64,000 nt of DNA from Patescibacteria group bacterium (GCA_038064475.1 JBBTTA010000003.1:24985-88984); one strand, 5' to 3'. Positions 46,376 through 55,799 are shown, numbered from the stretch's first letter. Made by a program: numbers and translations. Notes: generated by a model from the letters alone, not told the origin.

Positions 46376-48310
46376 ATGGCATTCCTCGATATTTTTAAAA
46401 AGAAAAAGAATGATGCGCTCGATATTGTTCCGGTGTTGCCGAAAGATATCTACGAAGCGGGTGTGCTGGAATTGCAAGATATAATTGCACCGTCAGCGTT
46501 GCGTATCACACCACGTGAACTATCACTCGGAGATAAAATAGTTCGCACGTTCTTTGTTATTTCATATCCGCGATTTCTTCCTGACAACTGGATTTCTCCA
46601 ATTATCAACCTCGACAAGGTGTTCGATATTTCTATTTCAATTATTCCTGTTGAAACATCGTCAGCGCTCAAAGATTTCCGAAAACGCGTTGCCGAAGTAC
46701 AAAGTCAGATTCACACACGTGAAGAAAAAGGTCTTGTGCGCGATCCGATTTTGGATGCTGCGTACCAAAACCTTGAGAACCTCCGTGATCAATTGCAGCA
46801 GGCAACAGAGAAACTTTTTGATGTTGGTCTCTACATCTCGATGTATGCAGATAGTGAGACAGAGCTTGATAAAATCGAGTCTGAAATCCGCTCAATTCTT
46901 GAATCTCGACTCGTGTATGTGAAGCCAGCACTCTTTCAACAGGAGCAGGGATTTAAGAGTGTGATGCCAATTGGAACGGATGAATTGGGTGTGCACTCAA
47001 AACTGAACACGTCTCCGTTGTCGAGTTTTTTTCCATTCGTCTCATTCGACCTCACGTCGGACAAAGGAATCCTGTATGGTGTCAATCGTCACAACTCAAG
47101 TTTGATTCTCTTCGATCGTTTTTCAATGCCGAACTACAACTCAGTGACATTCGCCACATCTGGTGCCGGAAAATCATACGCAACAAAATTGGAAATTCTT
47201 CGTACACTCATGTTCGACACTGAAGTGATTGTTCTCGACCCTGAACGTGAATACGAATACATGGCAGAAGCGATGGGTGGGCGTTACTTCAATATTTCTT
47301 TGACATCAGAACATCACATCAATCCATTTGATCTTCCTCCTGCACGTGAAGATGAAACTCCATCAAACGTATTGCGTTCACACATTGTGACGTTGGTTGG
47401 TCTTTTCCGCATCATGTTCGGCGGTCTCACACCTGAAGAAGATGCAATCATCGATCGCGCAATCACCGAAACGTACGCACTCAAAGACATCACCGGTGAA
47501 GCAGACTTCACCGGAACCGAACCACCACTTCTTTCTGACTTTGAATTGGTGCTTGCGGGTATGCAAGGAGCAGAATCACTCGTACAACGATTGTCGAAGT
47601 ACACGAAAGGAACGTGGGCAGGTTTCATCAACAAACCAAGTAACGTCGACATCAATAAAAAGTTCGTAGTGTTCTCGGTGCGTGACATGGAAGACGAATT
47701 GAAACCAGTTGCTATGTACCTCGTTGCAAACTACATCTGGAGCGCGGTGCGAAAGAATTTGAAAAAACGATTGCTCGTTATTGATGAGGCGTGGTGGATG
47801 ATGAAAGATGAAGATACTGCATCACTTCTCTTTGGTCTCGCAAAACGTGGACGAAAATATTACCTCGGTATTGCAACAATCACACAAGACGTCGGTGACT
47901 TCTTGCGCTCACCATATGGTTTGCCAATCATCACCAACTCTTCAATTCAGTTGCTCTTGAAGCAATCTCCATCATCTATTGATGTTGTGCAGCGCACCTT
48001 TAATCTCACTGACGAAGAGAAGTATTTGTTACTTGAGTCAGAGGTAGGAGAGGGAATCTTCTTTGCTGGTCTTAAACATGTGGCAATTAAGAGTATTGCC
48101 TCATATACCGAGGATCAAATCATTACATCCGATCCATCCCAAGTTTTGGCCCTCAAACAGGCTCGTACGGAATGGAAAAACACTAAGCGGGGTGCTGAAG
48201 CAGCAGGTGAAGTGGCTCCATTGCCTCCAATTCTTCCTCCAGCTCCAGCGGAACCCACAATTCCGCAAGCCCCAGGAACACCAAACACCGATCTTAAGGG
48301 TATTGTCTAA
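46376..48310 (+). CDS. VirB4-type ATPase, main segment with Walker A/B
   Basis: Walker A TSGAGKSYAT, Walker B RLLVIDEAWW, CagE/TrbE/VirB4 family architecture. Confidence 0.75.
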   Translation: MAFLDIFKKKKNDALDIVPVLPKDIYEAGVLELQDIIAPSALRITPRELSLGDKIVRTFFVISYPRFLPDNWISPIINLDKVFDISISIIPVETSSALKDFRKRVAEVQSQIHTREEKGLVRDPILDAAYQNLENLRDQLQQATEKLFDVGLYISMYADSETELDKIESEIRSILESRLVYVKPALFQQEQGFKSVMPIGTDELGVHSKLNTSPLSSFFPFVSFDLTSDKGILYGVNRHNSSLILFDRFSMPNYNSVTFATSGAGKSYATKLEILRTLMFDTEVIVLDPEREYEYMAEAMGGRYFNISLTSEHHINPFDLPPAREDETPSNVLRSHIVTLVGLFRIMFGGLTPEEDAIIDRAITETYALKDITGEADFTGTEPPLLSDFELVLAGMQGAESLVQRLSKYTKGTWAGFINKPSNVDINKKFVVFSVRDMEDELKPVAMYLVANYIWSAVRKNLKKRLLVIDEAWWMMKDEDTASLLFGLAKRGRKYYLGIATITQDVGDFLRSPYGLPIITNSSIQLLLKQSPSSIDVVQRTFNLTDEEKYLLLESEVGEGIFFAGLKHVAIKSIASYTEDQIITSDPSQVLALKQARTEWKNTKRGAEAAGEVAPLPPILPPAPAEPTIPQAPGTPNTDLKGIV

Positions 48311-48315
48311 ATACT

Positions 48316-48828
48316 ATGGACGAGGAACAGAAATCCCAAAGGCGAATATCGAACGTAACCGCCGTATTGATGGTTATTGTTGCGGTGGTTCTTGATCTTA
48401 TAAACCTCATTCCCGTTGTTGGTGTTTTGGTTGGTAATATCCTCGCTCTTTTAATATTCGGCTTGTGGTATCTCATGCTTGGAATCCCAATTATGGGGGC
48501 ACGGCAATTTGCACGGTGGGGAACAAGTTGGCTTATCGATACCATATCTGTTGGTTATCTCCCCGGCATTACGCTCGGTGCTATACTTATTATTGTAGTA
48601 ACACGTACCGAGGATAAGACCGGAATAAGCCTTATTGATAAGGTAAAGCCAACTTCGGCAGGAACGCTCAAAAACGCTCGGCGTGCGGCAAACCCAGAGA
48701 GAACATTACAAGCACGAGATCGATTGGAACGCCGATTGGCGCGCCGAGCACAAGAAAGTGAGGGTGCGGCAACAAAACCAAAAGAGCACCCCCAAATCAA
48801 AGACATTAATTACCCCAAGGCGGCATGA
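48316..48828 (+). CDS. Membrane protein, hypothetical (T4SS cluster)
   Basis: 170 aa, 3-4 TM helices, basic C-terminal tail. Confidence 0.5.
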   Translation: MDEEQKSQRRISNVTAVLMVIVAVVLDLINLIPVVGVLVGNILALLIFGLWYLMLGIPIMGARQFARWGTSWLIDTISVGYLPGITLGAILIIVVTRTEDKTGISLIDKVKPTSAGTLKNARRAANPERTLQARDRLERRLARRAQESEGAATKPKEHPQIKDINYPKAA

Positions 48829-49562
48829 CGTACGAATCAAGAATCAAGAATCAAGAATCAAGAATTTGCGTTTTGTTTTTAGCGTGCTTCTTGTTTCTTG
48901 CTTCTTGCTTCGTTTTCGCGCGGAGCGCGATAGCACAGAATACTGCAACAGTTGATTTGGTATGGGAAGCAAACTCCTACGTGCCACCGTTCTATAAAGG
49001 TAAAGCCTTAACAACAACCGATGGAGATGTTGATGTATATGCATTTGTTCCAAGTACGTTTGGCAATCCGCTACGCGCAACATATACATGGGAATTAAAC
49101 AGCCAAGTACTTGGCAGTCTCTCGGGTGTAGGTAGATCATCATTGCGTGTTTCAGGTTCTCCTTTTATTGATGATCGTGCAATTAGAGTGCGTGTTGTTG
49201 GAGAGAATGGTCGTGAGGGTTTTGGATATGTACGCATTCCGGCGGTAAAACCAACTATCATGGTCTATGTTGATTCACCACTTGCTGGTGTGCAATTTGG
49301 AAACGCTGTGGTTACTCGTTTAGAAGCACAAACAGAGACCGATCTTACACTAACCGCATACCCATACTTCTTTTCAACATCAGATCGCAATGAAAATCTT
49401 TCATATACATGGAATGTAAACGGTGTTGCGTCAGAAACACGAGGACCAACACTTGTTGCGCGCTCTGAAACAACAGGGACGTCAACGGTAAGTGTTGAGA
49501 TAAACAATGTTTCTAAGATTCTTGAGCGTGCTTCGAAGATATTCTCTGTCGTTCTACAATAG
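48825..49562 (+). CDS. Secreted hypothetical protein with heptamer repeat in its 5' coding end
   Basis: ATGA overlap with the previous gene; n-region MTYESRIKNQESRI followed by h-region CVLFLACFLFLASCFVFA. Confidence 0.55.
   Translation: MTYESRIKNQESRICVLFLACFLFLASCFVFARSAIAQNTATVDLVWEANSYVPPFYKGKALTTTDGDVDVYAFVPSTFGNPLRATYTWELNSQVLGSLSGVGRSSLRVSGSPFIDDRAIRVRVVGENGREGFGYVRIPAVKPTIMVYVDSPLAGVQFGNAVVTRLEAQTETDLTLTAYPYFFSTSDRNENLSYTWNVNGVASETRGPTLVARSETTGTSTVSVEINNVSKILERASKIFSVVLQ
48834..48868. repeat. Heptanucleotide tandem repeat (gaatcaa)x4 plus variant, inside CDS codons 4-14
   Basis: Read directly; the ATG is at 48825. Confidence 0.9.
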
Positions 49563-49601
49563 AGTTATAAGAATAGAAAACAGAGAACAGTATATACTCA
49601 A

Positions 49602-50486
49602 ATGATAAATTTCAAATTTCAAATTTCAAAAAAAGCTCCTTCTTTCTTTTTGTTATTTGTTATTTGTTATTTGTTATTTGTGATTACGCTCCCTGTGTTT
49701 GCACAACAAAACCCACCAACGGTAGATCTCCTTGTTAAGGATTTACCGGGAATTGGCCCTGCTACAGATCTTAAGGGCTTTCTTCAGGGAATATTTAAAC
49801 TCACACTTGGTATTGCGGTCACCGCCGCTATAGCAATCATTGTGTGGAATGGTATTCGCTACATGGTGAGCGATGCGGTTGGTGGAAAAGAGGATGCAAG
49901 GAAATGGATTGGAGAAGCGTTGTGGGGATTGGTACTCGCATTTTCTGCTGTGCTTATTCTTTCAACAATAAACCCACAGCTTACACAATTTGATTTTCTT
50001 ACAACACTGCAAGAAGTGCGTGAAGCTGCTGGTGGTCCGCCGGGGGGTCCTCCCCCTCCTCCACCTCCACCAGGAGATACTCCTCCGGACGGACAATTTA
50101 CCTATCAACCTAGAGTAGCTCCACAACGACTACATGCGTCTTCTCAACTAGAAACATTATTAAGTTGTATTGCAAACAGGGTTCCGGGAAATGTTGGAGA
50201 GATTTCGTCAATATCAGACGAAATGATTACGTCGGGTCAAAGAACCTTTGAGGAATGTGCCGCCGGTGGACAATCTGTTGGATGTGCCCACAGAGCGGGT
50301 TCGCTTCACTATGGTGGATTATTTTGTGTTGGACAGTCATATGCTGTCGACTTTGGAGACGAACAAAATATGAATGTTCTTGGTGATGCGGCCGTATTGT
50401 GTAACCCAAACGTTGCAGTAATAAACGAAGGAAATCATGTGCACATAAGTTTAGGAGATAGTGCGGGTTGTGGACCAGGAAACTAG
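49602..50486 (+). CDS. VirB2/TrbC-like pilin-type membrane domain fused to a C-terminal LAS/M15-like zinc-peptidase-like domain
   Basis: Signal peptide, two hydrophobic helices (LTLGIAVTAAIAIIVW; ALWGLVLAFSAVLILS), Pro-rich linker, C-terminal CAHRAGSLHYGG...AVDFGD...NEGNHVHISLGD (SxHxxG / AxD / HxH pattern). Confidence 0.45.
   Translation: MINFKFQISKKAPSFFLLFVICYLLFVITLPVFAQQNPPTVDLLVKDLPGIGPATDLKGFLQGIFKLTLGIAVTAAIAIIVWNGIRYMVSDAVGGKEDARKWIGEALWGLVLAFSAVLILSTINPQLTQFDFLTTLQEVREAAGGPPGGPPPPPPPPGDTPPDGQFTYQPRVAPQRLHASSQLETLLSCIANRVPGNVGEISSISDEMITSGQRTFEECAAGGQSVGCAHRAGSLHYGGLFCVGQSYAVDFGDEQNMNVLGDAAVLCNPNVAVINEGNHVHISLGDSAGCGPGN
49641..49675. repeat. Heptanucleotide tandem repeat (ttgttat)x4 plus variant ttgtgat inside the signal-peptide coding region
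   Basis: Read directly; encodes LLFVICYLLFVI. Confidence 0.9.
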
Positions 50487-50488
50487 CC

Positions 50489-51778
50489 ATGAAAAAAGCA
50501 CTCATCATCACGGGTATATTGTGTGTCATCATCGCAGGGGTGCTTGCGTTTTTGTGGTATTCATCAATCAAACCTTCTGCAACAACATCATCTGACGCCG
50601 GTTCGTCTGATAGAACCTTTTCACCATTCAGTTCATTTGTAGATTTTCTTACGGGAGACGACAGTGAAACAGAAAACACGGAACAGATAACAGATAACGG
50701 AGGGGAGTCGACAGCTCGTTCTGTGTATGATTTGTTGTCTATTACACCTGCGTACGAAGTAACTGACGCACTTGTTGCAAACGCAGTTATTGTATTCACA
50801 GGAACAACAACAGGAAATATACTTCGCTATGTGGAGCGCGAAACAGGACATATTTATGAACTATCACTTCTTTCTGGTGTCCTGCGACGCCTTTCAAATA
50901 CAACCGTGCCTCGTATTCAGGAAGCATATTTTGGAAATAACGGTTCTTTAATTGCACTGCAGTACTTGGGCGAGGATGGAGAAACAATAGAAACATTTGT
51001 GGGAAGCGTCACAACAACTTCTATTGAATCGTCGAGTGAGTTCACGGGAGATTTTCTTGCACAAAATATTCAAACCATAACACTCCATCCAACACAACCT
51101 GGTGTTTTCTACACTCTAAAAGCAGGTGGTGGTACTGCGGGGCGGTTGTTTGATCCCGTATCAAAACAGATTGCTTCTTTATTCTCGTCTCCGTTGTCTG
51201 AATGGACGGCTTTGTGGAATAGCGGCACAAACATTTATCTCCATACAAAACCCTCTTCGTCAGCTCAAGGTTTTGCATATGCAATCGCGCCTGGAAGCGC
51301 TACACCAGCGCGTGTTTTTACAAACACGTTCGGCATAACCCTTCTTCCAAACCCTTTTAATAAAAACATCCTAGTTGGATCCTCAAAAGACACACCAAAA
51401 ATGTCTCTTTTTAATAACACCGATGGTTCCACGGTGTCACTTGTGGGCACAACGTTCCCTGAAAAGTGTGTGTGGAAAACGGCAACGGTCCTTGTGTGTG
51501 CAATTCCAGAGTCGGCTTCTTCAATTGATTCATGGTACAACGGCAGTGTTTCATTTTCTGATAGTGTTTGGAAAATAAATGTTGAAACGGGGCTTACTGA
51601 TTTCTTGTTCGATAGCGAACAAACCCAAAAAGAATTTGATGCAACACATCTCTCAGTAAGTTCTGATGGGACAATACTTTCTTTTATAAACAAAAAAAAC
51701 TCACACCTTTGGGTTGCAAGTCTTTTACCTCGAACCGATACAATTGATGTTAATGCTGAATTTGAAGAAAATTACTAA
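50489..51778 (+). CDS. Membrane-anchored/secreted hypothetical protein (430 aa)
   Basis: Start MKKALIITGILCVIIAGVLAFLWY at 50489. Confidence 0.5.
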   Translation: MKKALIITGILCVIIAGVLAFLWYSSIKPSATTSSDAGSSDRTFSPFSSFVDFLTGDDSETENTEQITDNGGESTARSVYDLLSITPAYEVTDALVANAVIVFTGTTTGNILRYVERETGHIYELSLLSGVLRRLSNTTVPRIQEAYFGNNGSLIALQYLGEDGETIETFVGSVTTTSIESSSEFTGDFLAQNIQTITLHPTQPGVFYTLKAGGGTAGRLFDPVSKQIASLFSSPLSEWTALWNSGTNIYLHTKPSSSAQGFAYAIAPGSATPARVFTNTFGITLLPNPFNKNILVGSSKDTPKMSLFNNTDGSTVSLVGTTFPEKCVWKTATVLVCAIPESASSIDSWYNGSVSFSDSVWKINVETGLTDFLFDSEQTQKEFDATHLSVSSDGTILSFINKKNSHLWVASLLPRTDTIDVNAEFEENY

Positions 51779-51779
51779 A

Positions 51780-52505
51780 CTACTTTTTTTCCTCGAGTCG
51801 TTTACGAATTACATACTCTTGTCCAATAGAGAAGATGTTGCTTGTTGTCCAGTAGAGCGCGATCGATGCGGGAAGTGATGCGGAAATAAAAACAATAATG
51901 AGAGGAAAAATATATTTCATTTGGAAATGCATTCCTTTCATAAAATCTGCACCGAATGTTCCTTTCGCACCCGCTTGCGGTTGCACCGACTTCATCAAGA
52001 GTGCTTGAATAAATTGTGTAACACCAGCAAGGATTGCAATCGGAATACTTTTTATTGTCACATCAACAATTCCAAGAAAGAGTGTGCTTGCATGTGTTGG
52101 ACCTGACACAAATGAGTAAAGAAAATCAGGATTCACTACAGGTAGCCCTGATTTCAAGAACATAAAATAAAGGCCAAAAATAATAGGAATTTGGATACCA
52201 AGGAAGAAGATACTTGCAAAAGGATTAATCTTTTCGCGGCGATATACCTCCATTATTTTCATCGCCTGCTGTTGTGAATCGTTTTTGTATTGTGCACGAA
52301 GTGCATCAATTTCTGGTTGCACTTTCTGTGCGACCATCTGCGTTCGGAGTGATTTTTGAGCGAGTGGAAAAAGAACACAACGAATAAGAATCGTAAAGAA
52401 AATAACTGCAATACCAAGATCAGCCCAAGGAAACAGCTGCATTAAAAAGACGAGTCCGTTGTAGAGAGGTGTGGTGACAAGTGTTCCAAAAATTCCTGTA
52501 GACAT
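51780..52505 (-). CDS. yidC: Membrane protein insertase YidC (short form)
   Basis: 241 aa; FFTILIRCVLFPL...conserved YidC/Oxa1 core; rnpA-yidC synteny. Confidence 0.85.
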   Translation of the reverse strand: MSTGIFGTLVTTPLYNGLVFLMQLFPWADLGIAVIFFTILIRCVLFPLAQKSLRTQMVAQKVQPEIDALRAQYKNDSQQQAMKIMEVYRREKINPFASIFFLGIQIPIIFGLYFMFLKSGLPVVNPDFLYSFVSGPTHASTLFLGIVDVTIKSIPIAILAGVTQFIQALLMKSVQPQAGAKGTFGADFMKGMHFQMKYIFPLIIVFISASLPASIALYWTTSNIFSIGQEYVIRKRLEEKK

Positions 52506-52524
52506 ATGTATGATTTTACACCAA

Positions 52525-52845
52525 TTATGAGAGAAGGGAAGTTAGTTCTTTTTGAAGTGTTGTGTGTGTTTGTTCGTCTGTTTTTTTCTTCGCAAAGACC
52601 ACATATGTGTGTCCGGTGTCTTTTTTGAGAAGCGTGTGGAGTATGTGATACACACGACGACGAATAAGATTTCGTGTAACTGCTTTTGCTGCAACTTTTT
52701 TTAAAACAACAACAGCAAAACGTGATGGTTCGTTTTGTTGTATGTTGTTTTTTGTTACGGTGAGATACGTTCCTGTAACCCGTCGTCCGTTTTGTGTTGT
52801 TTTTGCAAACGTTCCCTTCGAAATTCGTTGTCGTTTGGGGAACAT
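52525..52845 (-). CDS. rnpA: Ribonuclease P protein component
   Basis: Basic protein between rpmH and yidC; start taken at MFPKRQRISKG (52845); longer ORF to 52884 would overlap rpmH. Confidence 0.75.
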   Translation of the reverse strand: MFPKRQRISKGTFAKTTQNGRRVTGTYLTVTKNNIQQNEPSRFAVVVLKKVAAKAVTRNLIRRRVYHILHTLLKKDTGHTYVVFAKKKTDEQTHTTLQKELTSLLS

Positions 52846-52852
52846 GAGGAGA

Positions 52853-52987
52853 TTACGCTGAAATTCGCTTGCGGCCTTTTGCACGACGACGCTTCAACAT
52901 ATTTTTTCCTGTCGAAGACTTCATGCGCTTACGAAATCCGTGTGTTTTTGCTCGTTTCTTCTTTTTTGGTTGATAGGTTCGTTTCAT
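52853..52987 (-). CDS. rpmH: 50S ribosomal protein L34
   Basis: Minus-strand [44 protein letters not shown]; not in the ORF track (short). Confidence 0.9.
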   Translation of the reverse strand: MKRTYQPKKKKRAKTHGFRKRMKSSTGKNMLKRRRAKGRKRISA

Positions 52988-53106
52988 TGTGGTCTTATGT
53001 TGTTCTTTTTGAACGGTTACCCCCACATTATTAACATAGTTATCTCCCTTTCACAAGTTCCTGAAATGAATCTCACAGTTATAATAGTCTTCGTATTCTC
53101 ACCTAT

Positions 53107-54474
53107 ATGCATCAAGGACCAGAAACAATTGATATCCGTACCCTTTGGAAAGAAGTTCTTGATGGTATCGAACCTACCATCTCAAAAGCTATCTTCAAGA
53201 CATGGTTTAAAGACACCCATATCGTCAAAATAGAGGATGGTACGGTGTTTGTGGGTGTACCTCACATGATGAGTAAGGATTGGCTTTCTACGAAGCTGCA
53301 TAAGCCTATTTTGAAGGGTTTACGGGAACATTCTGATAGTATTCGGGCCGCAGAATACATTATTTCCACAAAAGCCCCTGATGCTTCCCAGTCATCGGTT
53401 ATTATTCCTTCATACTCAAATGGCGTAGGGGAACTACCTCTCAAAGATCTCTATATCAATAAACTTGATAACCTCAATCCTCGCTACACATTTGACTCTT
53501 TTATTGTTGGATCATTCAACGAACTCGCACACGCAGCGGCACAAGCAATCCTTGAGCGTCCCGGAGCTCGCTACAATCCATTTTTTGTCTACGGACAAAC
53601 AGGCCACGGAAAAACACACCTTATTCAAGCTCTGGGAAATGAAATAAAGAAGCGAAATCCTGAAAAAAGAGTGTACTACGTTTCGTCAGAGCGCTTTGCA
53701 CAGGATTTAGTGAATGCAATTCAACTCAACACGGTGGGTGCCTTCAAAGAAAAGTACCGAAAGTATGATGTCTTCATTATGGACGACGTACAATTCATTT
53801 CAAATAAAGAAAAAACACAAGAAGAGCTTTTTCATTTGTTTAATGAGATTTACGATAGGAACGGTCAGATTATTTTTTCTTCAGATAGACACCCAAACTA
53901 CATTCCAAGCATCGCAGATCGTCTTAAGTCGCGTTTTAACGCAGGTATGACAGTTGATATTCCTGCTCCTGACTCTGAATCTCGTGTTGCAATTATTCGT
54001 TCAAAAGCAGCGGAAAACAATGTAGTTCTTTCAGATGAGGTTATTCAACAAATTTCAACAACAATCGATGGCAATATTCGTGAGTTGGAAGGAATTGTGA
54101 ACTCGTTGATTGCTCATATGATTTTGAAGAAGAAAGATTTGACGGTGTCTGAAGTAAAAGAGGCAATAAAGAACAATATCAAACCAAAACGTCTTGTCTC
54201 TGTGAAGGATGTGGTAAAAATTGTGTCTGGTTTCTATAACCTCGATGAGGAAAGTATCTATAAAAAGAGCCGTAAAAAGGAGGTTGTGAAGCCTCGTCAA
54301 GTAATTATGTATCTCCTTCGTGAAGACTATAGTCTTCCGTATCCTGCAATTGGTGAGAAGCTTGGTGGTCGCGATCATACCACAGTGATTCACTCATACG
54401 AGAAGGTGTGTGAGGATTTAAAAACAGATCATCAGTTGGAACAAGAGATCACACAGCTCCGTGGAATGCTGTGA
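53107..54474 (+). CDS. dnaA: Chromosomal replication initiator DnaA
   Basis: 455 aa; Walker A GQTGHGKTHL, sensor/box VII motifs, C-terminal DNA-binding domain HTTVIHSYEKV. Confidence 0.95.
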   Translation: MHQGPETIDIRTLWKEVLDGIEPTISKAIFKTWFKDTHIVKIEDGTVFVGVPHMMSKDWLSTKLHKPILKGLREHSDSIRAAEYIISTKAPDASQSSVIIPSYSNGVGELPLKDLYINKLDNLNPRYTFDSFIVGSFNELAHAAAQAILERPGARYNPFFVYGQTGHGKTHLIQALGNEIKKRNPEKRVYYVSSERFAQDLVNAIQLNTVGAFKEKYRKYDVFIMDDVQFISNKEKTQEELFHLFNEIYDRNGQIIFSSDRHPNYIPSIADRLKSRFNAGMTVDIPAPDSESRVAIIRSKAAENNVVLSDEVIQQISTTIDGNIRELEGIVNSLIAHMILKKKDLTVSEVKEAIKNNIKPKRLVSVKDVVKIVSGFYNLDEESIYKKSRKKEVVKPRQVIMYLLREDYSLPYPAIGEKLGGRDHTTVIHSYEKVCEDLKTDHQLEQEITQLRGML

Positions 54475-54697
54475 GTTCACAGTGGAGATTATAATGAAAA
54501 ACCTGTGTATATGAATGGAGAAAAAATAACAAAACAATCCTATATGAAAAGTTATCCAAGTTTCTCTCACATACAAACAGATGTTGTTCTTTTTGTCAGT
54601 AGAGAAAAAAGTATTATGGTGTCACATATAAAAGACTTGTACACATATCCGACACCTTAATAGTAATAATAATTTTCTTATATATAAAATAATACGT
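54475..54697. other. Candidate oriC (dnaA-dnaN intergenic) with DnaA-box-like sites and AT-rich unwinding element
   Basis: ttatccaag (54553..54561, 7/9 to TTATCCACA), tgtgtatat; AT-rich tagtaataataattttcttatatataaaataata at 54661..54694; rpmH-rnpA-yidC / dnaA-dnaN synteny. Confidence 0.45.
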
Positions 54698-55798
54698 ATG
54701 AAATTCAGTGTGAATAAAGACAGTTTTCAAACAGCAGTACTTAAAGCAGAGCGAATGACAGGAAAAAACCTTTCGCTCCCAGTACTTCGTTGTGTACTCT
54801 TGAGTGCAGAAAAAGATTCTGTTGTTATTCGCGCTACAAACCTTGATTTGGGAATTGAAGTAACTGTACCTGCACAAGTACAGCAGACCGGTGTTGTTGC
54901 TGTGCCTGCAGATATTCTCGGAAGTCTTCTGTCGTCATCAGGAAACGGCGGTACACTCACTGTTGAGCAAGAAGGTAGTCATATTACAGTTACCACAACA
55001 CACAGCACCACAAACATAAGTACCTATCCTAGAGAAGATTTTCCACTTCTTCCGAAAGTAAACGATACAGAGATGTTTATTGTTGTAGGAAAAGAGTTTG
55101 CAACAGCTCTCAGATCGGTTGTGTGGGCCGCATCAATGGCAAGTATTAAACCAGAACTTTCGAGTGTGTATGTGTATGGAAACGGGGATGAGCTTGTATG
55201 TGTTGCTACAGACTCCTTTAGACTTGCTGAGAAGCGTGTGCGAGCAAAGACAGGAAAAGAATTTGAATCTGTTCTTATACCACTTAAAAACAGTATAGAA
55301 CTTATTCGTTATACTGAAGGACTCTCTGGAGATATAGCGTTTTTTGGAGATACACATCAAATTGCTTCAAAAACAGAAGACACATACATTACATCACGTG
55401 TTATTGATGGGGTGTTTCCTGATTACAAACAAATTATTCCAAAAGAACACAGTACAGAAGCTGTTGTATTAAAACAAGATCTCTCTGACACACTTAAACA
55501 ACTTCGTATTTTTTCTGATCAATTTAATAAACTCACTCTCACTATTAATCCAAAACTAAAAGAGTGTGTTTTAAAAACAACAAATAATGATGTTGGAGAC
55601 AGTACCGTAACACTTGATGCCGCGCTTACAGGAGAATCAGCAGAAATGCACTTTAACCACGCATATATTCTCGACGCACTCCAAGCAATTCATACAGACA
55701 GTGCAGCACTAAATTTAAGTGGTGTTGGAAAACCACTTACAATTCGTTCAGTAGGAGATACGTCGTTTTTGTACATTGTGATGCCAATGAATCGCTAA
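54698..55798 (+). CDS. dnaN: DNA polymerase III beta sliding clamp
   Basis: 366 aa, three-domain clamp. Confidence 0.9.
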   Translation: MKFSVNKDSFQTAVLKAERMTGKNLSLPVLRCVLLSAEKDSVVIRATNLDLGIEVTVPAQVQQTGVVAVPADILGSLLSSSGNGGTLTVEQEGSHITVTTTHSTTNISTYPREDFPLLPKVNDTEMFIVVGKEFATALRSVVWAASMASIKPELSSVYVYGNGDELVCVATDSFRLAEKRVRAKTGKEFESVLIPLKNSIELIRYTEGLSGDIAFFGDTHQIASKTEDTYITSRVIDGVFPDYKQIIPKEHSTEAVVLKQDLSDTLKQLRIFSDQFNKLTLTINPKLKECVLKTTNNDVGDSTVTLDAALTGESAEMHFNHAYILDALQAIHTDSAALNLSGVGKPLTIRSVGDTSFLYIVMPMNR

Positions 55799-55799
55799 T

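Noticed and set aside
52988-53106. rpmH-dnaA spacer as the main oriC
   Set aside because: Only weak DnaA-box-like matches (tgtggtctt, ttatctccc) and no AT-rich unwinding element. The dnaA-dnaN spacer is the better oriC candidate, though this region may hold auxiliary boxes.
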